Of a DNA stretch of 33,211 bases, positions 11,817 to 21,489 are shown one piece after another. Both the position numbers and the translations under genes were made by a program. The stretch's first letter is position 1. Each line of letters begins with the position of its first letter. This DNA is from Octopus bimaculoides (lineage: Eukaryota): contig NC_068985.1 in NCBI RefSeq assembly GCF_001194135.2, positions 70,136,071-70,169,281 of the forward strand. The letters run 5' to 3'. The notes beneath the pieces are model-generated. The model saw only the letters and a list, made by a program, of their open reading frames with translations, had not been told where the DNA came from and did no database searches.

Positions 11817-13665
11817 AACATATCATGCAGCTGTATTGAATCCGGAGCATCATGAATATGAACCGAATTTCTTAACACTTAAGCCATACCTGTAACGCAA
11901 TAATAGTAGACAGCAATTGACTGGAAGTTTGAAAGACTTCAACGAAACAGAATAAATACCGATGACTACAGTTCTCATCAGGGTTTATTCTACTCACATT
12001 ACAACAGATAATCCTGCTCAATATAGTCTATTCTGCATCTTCGTATTATAAATTATCATATTTTTATTATATTCATTATCAGCCTTTCTAATTACAATCA
12101 ATGGGATTCGCAGTTAATTTACTTTCTCAAAAATTGCAATCAAATCTCTTTCAAATCACACTTGTCTAAAGCAATTAAGGATGGACCAAACCTATAGGTT
12201 GCAACCGTTTTGTCCTTGAACATATATCTAATCAATCAAGAGTTACATGTTGCTTGAGGAACAATAGGATCACCATCAATAAAGAAAATTATTATATTCT
12301 TTCTGTTTCTTTTGATGGTCTTCCATCATATGAATGAAGATCAACGTTCGAATCAAGTATGTTATCTCTACGAAATCGCTTTCCTACTGTAGCGTGAATT
12401 CTGACAAGACTTGGTACAGTTATACACCTATTCATTGCAACGATCGTGCAAAGCTTCATGAAAAACACACATCGTCAACTTATAAGAACATAGGATTTAC
12501 AGGAGTTAAAAAATCTCAATGATTAAACTGATTTGCACGTTGCTGCAAAAATGTAAGCTATTCATTCATTTACCATCTCCGAGTTAGTACATAACTGTGA
12601 AAATTGCGCTGGTTTGTGAATGAAGCCATGAAAACAACTTTGAGAGCAGAATTTGTCGAGGACGTAGCGAGGGGAATCTTCGTTCTCTATGCCTCATTGC
12701 ACCAAAAATGGTTGTTTGTAACGAAGTCGCTGAAGAAATCTAGAGATTATCACGTTAAAACTGGACCCCGATTGGTTGAATCTGGGGTCTGCACACATAA
12801 TGCACGTGATCAAAAATAAAAGTGAACTCAACAATACATTAAAAACCAATACATTAAACGTTCTTAAATAAAGATATATAGACTATGATATATCAAAAAG
12901 TTCAGACGCTTGTGAGCTATGTCTTTTTGCCCTTTTTACATAGGTCTGTCTACAGTGACATCAAAAACACAAGTTCACCTTGAGCCAACGGAGAAGGCCT
13001 CTGCGTTGTCAATCAATATGCAAGAAATATCATCAAAACATCCTCCCGTCACAGTCTACATTAATGTATAAATGATATGTATTAGAAATACAGAAATACA
13101 GGATGGGCACATCTTAAAAAAACAGAGTGTTCATAGCTGATTTACAACTAACAACACCAAAAACAAAAAACAAAAATAATGTTGCTTTGTGTATTAAATG
13201 TAAGCAAAGTGCTACGTATAATCCAGGAAAAAAGGCCGCCTGGTAATTCTGTGTTAGAAGAAATGTTAACTAAAAACTACAACAGGAATAGAAACTACAA
13301 CAACCCATATTAAACCAACTCTTTCACCACTATCATCGCCATCATCATGTTGATAATTTTGTTTCTCTGATAAAAGCAAATATTTTCGATCTGTTACACT
13401 CTCAAGATATTCGCCGCCCAGCATGGCGGGATTGATCACGAAACCAACATTTCTGCTGTTAAATCGTATGTTTTGATTGTTGTTGTTGATGTTGCTATTG
13501 TTAATGTTGTTATTGGTGGTTGTGGTAGTCGCCGCAATGACATTTTATCTTAAAGCAATAAGATATATTTATAGATTCTCGAACGCCATATTTCAAATCA
13601 TTTATGTTATTATTTATTTATATATTTTACAGTCACGTTTTATTAGTTTTATCTTGATTTTCTCG

Positions 13666-13668
<3 letters not shown>

Positions 13669-13709
<41 letters not shown>

Positions 13710-13811
13710 AGGTGGAGGAGGACCACGACGACGACGACAATTACGAGTAGGTGGACGAGAAGATTAAACACTTTCATAGATGCTCCTTATTCTTATTGTT
13801 AATTATGTAGC

Positions 13812-13885
<74 letters not shown>
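13669..13885. repeat. (GAT)n and (GTA)n trinucleotide microsatellites
   Basis: Directly visible. Confidence 0.95.
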
Positions 13886-14643
13886 CACCAGCAACGATAG
13901 GTAGTACTGGTAGTAGTACAAGTAGTACCTTATTTCTGTTTTGCTTTCTTCTCTTTTTTTTTTTTTTTCAACCTTCACTCCAGAACATCATATATTTCCA
14001 TTTATCATACCGTTGTAATCCATAAACAACTATATCGACTTCATTTTCCTATTTTTCTTTACGGCTTTCGTTTCTCTACAACTCCAGATGTATCATTACG
14101 TCGGTGGACTGTTTTATATCTATTGCGTGGTTTAGGCGCCATTCTAATCGCCATATTACTCAAAGAATTATTTCATTTCATTCACAGTATGATTCCATTT
14201 CTATCCTCCACTGATTTATGATAAATTTGGATTTCTTGCTTGTATCTACTACATCTCTGTTCTCCACTTGCAGTCTCTCTCCATTTCTCGATCTCTCTAC
14301 CTCCCTCCTCTCTTTCTTTACTTCTTTTTTTCTTTATTCTTCATTCATTGCTTTATCCACTCTCTTTTACTTCTATTCACCCTCTTCTCTCCCAATTTCA
14401 TTTTCTCTCTCAACTTTTTGTTATCTTTCGAGTGACTTTCACTTCAATGATTTAATTGTGCAGTCAACATAATTAGTATCGCCAGAACCACCGTCATTAT
14501 CATCATCATCGTTATACTACAACATTAACATCAACATCACCAACAACAGCTACCGCTTCTGCTGCTACTACTACTACTGCTGCTGCTGCAACAGCAGTAG
14601 CTGCAACATCAAGTACAACAACAACAATGATAATCCTTTATAT

Positions 14644-14779
14644 TTTCGGCGCAAGGCCTGAAATACTTTGTGGAGAAAATGAAAGGCAAAAAACAGGATG
14701 AAAGGCAAAGTCGAATGTGGCAGAATTTGATGTCGGAATTTTGCCTAGAGTCCTAATGATTCTGACAACTCGCTGCCTT
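14644..14779 (-). mobile_element. Family-1 SINE, degenerate and internally deleted
   Basis: ggatgaaaggcaaagtcga...cagaatttga...gattctgacaactcgctgcctt is the reverse complement of the family-1 head; caaggcctgaaat is the reverse complement of the tail. Confidence 0.7.
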
Positions 14780-14784
14780 ACTAG

Positions 14785-15630
14785 TATTGATGTTAATGAT
14801 AAAAAGCCAACAATGGCTTAAAAGGTCTAGACTAAAAGCAAAAACGGAAGGACTGATTCTCGCTACACAAAATCAAATGTTTGCCGACAAAAAACACAAA
14901 AAAAAACTATTACTCATTTAGTCTTTAACTTGTTTCAATCATTTGACTGCGGCCATGCTGGAGGACCGCCTTTAGTCGAGCAAATCGACCCCAGGACTTA
15001 TGCATTGTAAGCCTAGTACTTATTCTATCGGTCTCTTTTGCCGAACCGCTAAGTTACGGAGACGTAAGCACATCACCATCAGTTGTCAAGCGATGTTTGG
15101 GGGACAACCCACAGACACACAGACATATACACATACATACATACATACATATATATATAGTAGAAGACATTTGCCCAAAATACCACGCAGTGGGAATGAA
15201 TCCGGAACCATGTGATTGGTAAGAAAGCTACTTACCACACAGCCACTCATGCGCCTGTTAATAACAAAATAATGAAAACCGACACGAAATGCAGGATTTG
15301 CAACCGGGACATTGTTTCAGTTGACCACGTCTCTGATGGTCCGGTCCAAGCCAAATCTGAATATACATACAAACATGACCGAGTAAGTAATGATATCCAC
15401 AGGAAAATATACGAACCCTACAACACAAAATGTAACATGAAATGGTTAAACATAAACGTCGAGACGACACTTGTCTGGGATATGCTTACTCATTGCACAC
15501 GTCTTAGACAAAGCAGTTTCAATACAATTTTTAAAAAGACAGCACCAAAACAAACCAAAGCACATACGCAAGGCACACAGAGCTTCACTTGGTAGTGCAG
15601 TGACAGCACGTGATTAAATCAATAGTACTG

Positions 15631-15632
<2 letters not shown>
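14785..15632 (+). mobile_element. Old, degenerate R4/Dong-clade 3' fragment interrupted by a SINE
   Basis: 14805-14890 translates SQQWLKRSRLKAKTEGLILATQNQ (cf. THQWLRSSGLQAESEGFILAAQDQ in the 21.5-25.2 kb element). After the SINE, 15257-15493 translates NNKIMKTDTKCRIC...DH...AKSEYTYKHDRV..IH..I...Y...KW...WDM..H (cf. KCRFC...HH...GYKARHERV..LH..I...Y...KW...RDF..H). Ends at (TAA)n. Confidence 0.75.
14907..15256 (-). mobile_element. Family-2 SINE
   Basis: Reverse complement begins aggcgcatgagtggctgtgtggtaagtagctttcttaccaatcacatggttccggattcattcccactgcgtgg; tail cttgtttcaatcatttgactgcggccatgctggag...tagtcgagcaaatcgaccccagg. Confidence 0.88.

Positions 15633-15720
<88 letters not shown>
15633..15720 (+). 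repeat. (TAA)n microsatellite
   Basis: Directly visible. Confidence 0.97.
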
Positions 15721-15724
<4 letters not shown>

Positions 15725-17128
15725 GAGTTAGAACCAGCGGAGAGCTACAAATACCTAGGGGTAATTGAAGGGGACAATATCAAGCACTCAGTGATGAGGG
15801 AAAGGATCAGAAGAGAATGTTATCGCAGGGTGAGAGCAATACTGAAGNNNNNNNNNNNNNNNNNNNNNNNNNNNNNNNNNNNNNNNNNNNNNNNNNNNNN
15901 NNNNNNNNNNNNNNNNNNNNNNNNNNNNNNNNNNNNNNNNNNNNNNNNNNNNNNNNNNNNNNNNNNNNNNNNNNNNNNNNNNNNNNNNNNNNNNNNNNNN
16001 NNNNNNNNNNNNNNNNNNNNNNNNNNNNNNNNNNNNNNNNNNNNNNNNNNNNNNNNNNNNNNNNNNNNNNNNNNNNNNNNNNNNNNNNNNNNNNNNNNNN
16101 NNNNNNNNNNNNNNNNNNNNNNNNNNNNNNNNNNNNNNNNNNNNNNNNNNNNNNNNNNNNNNNNNNNNNNNNNNNNNNNNNNNNNNNNNNNNNNNNNNNN
16201 NNNNNNNNNNNNNNNNNNNNNNNNNNNNNNNNNNNNNNNNNNNNNNNNNNNNNNNNNNNNNNNNNNNNNNNNNNNNNNNNNNNNNNNNNNNNNNNNNNNN
16301 NNNNNNNNNNNNNNNNNNNNNNNNNNNNNNNNNNNNNNNNNNNNNNNNNNNNNNNNNNNNNNNNNNNNNNNNNNNNNNNNNNNNNNNNNNNNNNNNNNNN
16401 NNNNNNNNNNNNNNNNNNNNNNNNNNNNNNNNNNNNNNNNNNNNNNNNNNNNNNNNNNNNNNNNNNNNNNNNNNNNNNNNNNNNNNNNNNNNNNNNNNNN
16501 NNNNNNNNNNNNNNNNNNNNNNNNNNNNNNNNNNNNNNNNNNNNNNNNNNNNNNNNNNNNNNNNNNNNNNNNNNNNNNNNNNNNNNNNNNNNNNNNNNNN
16601 NNNNNNNNNNNNNNNNNNNNNNNNNNNNNNNNNNNNNNNNNNNNNNNNNNNNNNNNNNNNNNNNNNNNNNNNNNNNNNNNNNNNNNNNNNNNNNNNNNNN
16701 NNNNNNNNNNNNNNNACCAAAAACTGAGCAAATATAAAGATCTTGAAATAGAAATTAGCAAAATGTGGAATCTGAAGACGAAAACAATACCTATTGTCAT
16801 AGGTGCCCTGGGAATGACAGCGAAACGGGCTGATTACTACCTAGATCAGATTCCAGGAAACCCCAAAATGGCTGAAGTTCAAAAGATAGTGCTCATGGGA
16901 ACTGCCCATATCCTACGTAAAATACTGTCTATGTGATCTCAAATTTTAAAGCAAACTCATAATTTTCTTATGGTTTCTTAAACCTTCACCGAAACAAAAC
17001 TGTACAAATCCAAATATATGGTACCCTAGGCATAACACCTACATGAACTTCTAACTTGTTGTCTCTTGAGGTCTCTGGGTGAGACTTGGATCCAACTTGA
17101 ACAAATGCAAAACAAAAGTCAAACATAA

Positions 17129-17130
<2 letters not shown>
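15721..17130 (+). mobile_element. 5'-truncated R4/Dong-clade retrotransposon (subfamily A), middle hidden by N-gap 15848-16715
   Basis: 15722-15847 KELEPAESYKYLGVIEGDNIKHSVMRERIRRECYRRVRAILK (late RT/thumb). After the gap QKLSKYKDLEIEISKMWNLKTKTIPIVIGALG...AEVQKIVLMGTAHILRKILSM* (RLE C-terminus, stop 16936). ~190-bp 3' UTR, then (TAA)n. Confidence 0.9.
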
Positions 17131-17207
<77 letters not shown>

Positions 17208-17210
17208 GTA

Positions 17211-17741
17211 GTAAACGCCCTTATGCAGTACCAGACAGTGGCACTCATGGCTTCTGATCTTAAATGACTGGAAATGTTATCATGAACTACAGTAAATATT
17301 CTGCTGAATACCAATGATTTGCTTTTCAGTTGTTTGACCTTAACCATTTGAGCATGTCCTTTAGTGGCTGACGATATGTGCATCTCTGATCACGAGCAGA
17401 TGTAGTGGGGGAGCATTAAAGTCATGTGTTGAGAAGAATTATTTGCAGTTTGGATAATTCACCGCTGGAAACGTGGGTGTTTCATTCAACATCCGTAAAC
17501 AAACCTTATTCAGGGACCTTTTGAGCGGGACGGGCTACTCGACTTGAAAATAATTCCAGCTGGGCCCCATCTACAAGGTCATGCGCTGTTTATCTTGATA
17601 TGAGATCACCATATCGCGTATATACGGTTGTGATGCATGTGCCTGGTGTACCCTTATCAGACGGGTTGTCATGTTGGGTATAATGGGCTTCGTATATTTT
17701 ACCCCAGTGTCACTTTGATGGCATGCACTGCTCCCTCACTC
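17211..17741 (+). mobile_element. Unassigned ~530-bp non-coding segment bounded by (TAA)n on both sides; probable 3' UTR of another non-LTR element
   Basis: Moderate-GC non-repetitive block running directly into (AAT)n at 17742; no ORF homology seen; orientation inferred from the tail only. Confidence 0.5.
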
Positions 17742-18225
<484 letters not shown>

Positions 18226-18311
18226 TAATAATAATAATAATAATAATAGTTATAATAATAGTAATAATAATAATGATAATACTAATAATAGTAATAATAA
18301 TAATAATCATA

Positions 18312-18537
18312 ATGTTCTTTCCTTTTGCGTCCTGTATTTTATTTGTTTACTTTTCTATTCTTTTCCTTTTTTCTTTCAGTCTTCCCCCATTTCCTATATC
18401 ACATGACTCTATAAATGAACAATCTGGTGTGTTTGTTTAAATAGCCAACCAATGCATACAGTATGTTTCTCTGTTCTACCTGTCAGGAAGACACTCGGCA
18501 AGAAATGGAAACAATTGAAACAAGATGCTAATGAAAA
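18312..18537 (+). mobile_element. 3'-UTR-only tip of a third Dong-related subfamily (C)
   Basis: 18451-18525 aatgcatacagtatgtttctctg...acactcggcaagaaatggaaacaattgaaacaaga aligns with 18139-18212 aatgcatacaacgtttctctg...acactcggcgagaaatggggaaaaaattgaagaaaga; followed by (TAA)n(TGA)n. Confidence 0.7.
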
Positions 18538-18563
18538 TAATAATAATAATAATCATAATAATA

Positions 18564-18599
<36 letters not shown>

Positions 18600-18630
18600 G
18601 TTATTAATAATAATTATTATTATTATTATT

Positions 18631-19931
18631 AATTCGTTTTATTGGCCACAAGGGATAATATCAATTAAAAACATATAAGGACAAAGACAGGACGAAGGTT
18701 AAAAAAAGGTTTTGTCCGAAAAGGTAGGAAAGTTCGTCTAAACAGAGGAAGAAAACGGAGAAAGATATAATAAATAAATAGTTAAATAAATAAGTAGAAC
18801 ACCCAAAGGGGGAGGCGCTTCGAAAAAGGAAAGGTTACACGTGGAAAAACCCATAAAACCACGGGAGCCTGGGCAGAAAAAAAAAAAGAAAGGGGTATAG
18901 AGCCCTTTCTCCTTTTACATTACCTTTTTTTTTCTTTTTTTTTTCTACAAGTGTATTCTCAGGATTGGNNNNNNNNNNNNNNNNNNNNNNNNNNNNNNNN
19001 NNNNNNNNNNNNNNNNNNNNNNNNNNNNNNNNNNNNNNNNNNNNNNNNNNNNNNNNNNNNNNNNNNNNNNNNNNNNNNNNNNNNNNNNNNNNNNNNNNNN
19101 NNNNNNNNNNNNNNNNNNNNNNNNNNNNNNNNAGTTAAAGGAGGTCGGCGGGTCAATTCTCACGATGGATTCAGCTGATAGCCGATCCGTCCTACACGTG
19201 ACAGTAGCTGTTCGATATAGACCCACAGGTCAGCAATGCTCGGACACTGGACGAGTGCGTGCAGAACTGTTTCGTCGTCCTGAGCGCACCTCGGACAGGC
19301 CCGGTTGACGGCACTTCCGTGTCGGTAGAGTTTATCTCGAACAGGTAGCGCACCTCGGTAGCACTACCAGGCGAGGGACCTTTGGTTAACCAGCGGTCGG
19401 GACAAGGGACGACGGTCAAACGGTAATAGATGACGGATGCGATGTACGCATTCGCCACCTCCGCTCGACCTTTCAAGGAGAGCTTCCTCTCAGTTCATTT
19501 CTGGGTGAGGTTGACCACCCTGTTCATCACTTCTTCCCAGTTTTTCTCCAACTGGAGGTCCGGATCGAACCAGACCCCGAGCAGTTTAACGGGTCCGTCT
19601 TTCCAGCACCCTACGATGCTGGTGGACGGCATGGACTTGCCCATCCAGGTGCCTAGTTGCAAGCCCACTGACTTTTCCGCGTTAATTTTCGCACCTGTAG
19701 CGCATGAGATGGAGGTTGTCGTGGATAGACCTGGTCTGCACAGCGCATGTCTGCGCCTTGCCGATCAGTTTGCCCACGACAGGCGCCAACCTCTTGGCTA
19801 GCACCTTGGCCAAGATCTTCAACACTGTGTTGAGCAGAGTGATGGGCCTAAAGTTCCCTATAATGTCCCCCTTGTCTGGGTCCTTTCTTAGCAAAGCCAC
19901 CACTCCTCGACAAACAAAAGCAGGAATTCTC
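18631..19931 (-). mobile_element. Tx1/L1-clade LINE fragment (partial RT, CCHC zinc knuckle, 3' UTR) with two internal deletions; gap 18969-19132
   Basis: Minus strand: GVVALLRKDPDKGDIIGNFRPITLLNTVLKILAKVLAKRL...AQTCAVQTRSIHDNLHLMRY | TGAKINAEKSVG...VKLLGVWF...NW...RKLSLKGRAEVANAYIASVIYYRLTVVPCP | SLAW*CYRGALPVRDKLYRHG...CPRCAQDDETVLHALVQC (knuckle 19244-19297). Pyrimidine-rich 3' UTR ends cccttgtggccaataaaacgaat + (TAA)n. Confidence 0.9.
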
Positions 19932-20278
19932 NNNNNNNNNNNNNNNNNNNNNNNNNNNNNNNNNNNNNNNNNNNNNNNNNNNNNNNNNNNNNNNNNNNNN
20001 NNNNNNNNNNNNNNNNNNNNNNNNNNNNNNNNNNNNNNNNNNNNNNNNNNNNNNNNNNNNNNNNNNNNNNNNNNNNNNNNNNNNNNNNNNNNNNNNNNNN
20101 NNNNNNNNNNNNNNNNNNNNNNNNNNNNNNNNNNNNNNNNNNNNNNNNNNNNNNNNNNNNNNNNNNNNNNNNNNNNNNNNNNNNNNNNNNNNNNNNNNNN
20201 NNNNNNNNNNNNNNNNNNNNNNNNNNNNNNNNNNNNNNNNNNNNNNNNNNNNNNNNNNNNNNNNNNNNNNNNNNNNNN

Positions 20279-20382
20279 AGAAGAAGAAGAAGAAGAAGAA
20301 GAAGAAGAAGAAGAAGAAGAAGAAGAAGAAGAAGAAGAAGAAGAAGAAGAAGAAGAAGAAGAAGAAGAAGAAGAAGAAGAAG
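20279..20382. repeat. (GAA)n microsatellite adjoining gap 19932-20278
   Basis: Directly visible. Confidence 0.97.
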
Positions 20383-20489
20383 GGAGCGCCAGCCTTGACA
20401 GCCGCTGGACGTGTTCCTGACATTCAGTAGCCGAAAGCCGTAGAAACACTAATATGACCCAGCAGGACAACGGGGGAAAATAATTCTCA

Positions 20490-20960
20490 CAGACTGGAAT
20501 ATCTACAATATCCTGTGAGTATTTCAAATTCCTTTCAAAATAAGTTAAGAAATTTACAAATTTACGAATTTACATGCTTACAAATTTACATACTTACACA
20601 CAAACTTTAATATCTACAACTGTTGTGAATACTCATCCTTTCGTCTCTCCCTGAGTATTCGAAAAAGTAAACATCCTTTTTTTTTTTTATTCTAAAAACA
20701 TTATAGTTCTCTCTGTGTGGACATACAAAAGACCATCTTTGGTGAATCTTAAAACTTTCTGTGAAAATTTGACTCTTCTTGTCTTTTCTTTCCTTTCTCC
20801 CCGAGTATTCAGAAATGTAAGCATACTTTTTATTGCGGAAACACAACTGTTTTCGCTAACTGGACATACAAAAGAACATCTCTAGAAAATTAAACCTTAA
20901 TTTCTACAATATTATCCTTATTTTCTCCCTGACTATCTGAAATATGCAATAACAGAAATG
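20490..20960 (+). repeat. Degenerate minisatellite, ~130-150 bp period, 3-4 copies
   Basis: ctccc(t/c)gagtattc at 20647 and 20797, ctccctgactatc at 20925; ggacatacaaaaga at 20719 and 20862. Confidence 0.65.
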
Positions 20961-21183
20961 CACGGGGAAAAAATATAATGATAATGATAATAGATTCTCT
21001 TTGGTCTTCTCTATTCACAAATAATACAGAACAGAGTAAGTTGGCCCTTCCTTAAATGTTCTTAAGGTCAAGGTCACTGTTGTTGTTGCTCGCTGCTAGT
21101 AGTAGTAGACATTTGAACTCTTTTTGACCGATCCGATCCGATCCCACTCCAAAACAAAAAAAACAGAATTACATGAGCGGCAC

Positions 21184-21184
21184 T

Positions 21185-21235
<51 letters not shown>

Positions 21236-21375
21236 AACTACTACTACTACTACTACTACTACAGCTGCTACTGCTGCTGTTGCTCTTACCATTACTACCA
21301 CTATTATCACTGCCGCTGCTGCTGCTGATTGTGATAATGCTGCTGCAACTACAACTACTCGTGCTGCTGTTAATG
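21184..21375. repeat. (CTA)n/(CTG)n trinucleotide low-complexity tract
   Basis: Directly visible. Confidence 0.93.
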
Positions 21376-21489
21376 ATAAATGCGACGCCTGTATGAAGAT
21401 TGGTGGTAAAAAAAATAATAATACATAAAAAATAAAATAAATAAAAGATTCTTTTAAATGAAAATTTGATAATAATTTAACTTTACTTA

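Noticed and set aside
12140-12200. Short similarity (caaatctctttcaaatcacac) to the reverse complement of 27275-27310
   Set aside because: Probably remnants of a common dispersed repeat, but too short and diverged to delimit or classify by eye.
15788-16800. 300-380 aa ORFs on both strands
   Set aside because: Length comes from 868 Ns; only the + frame ends (RECYRRVRAILK, KYKDLEIEI...) are real and belong to Dong-A.
19704-20527. Poly-E, poly-S and poly-F ORFs; poly-N and poly-I ORFs at 17079-18440 and 25098-25437
   Set aside because: (GAA)n and (TAA)n microsatellites read in different frames.
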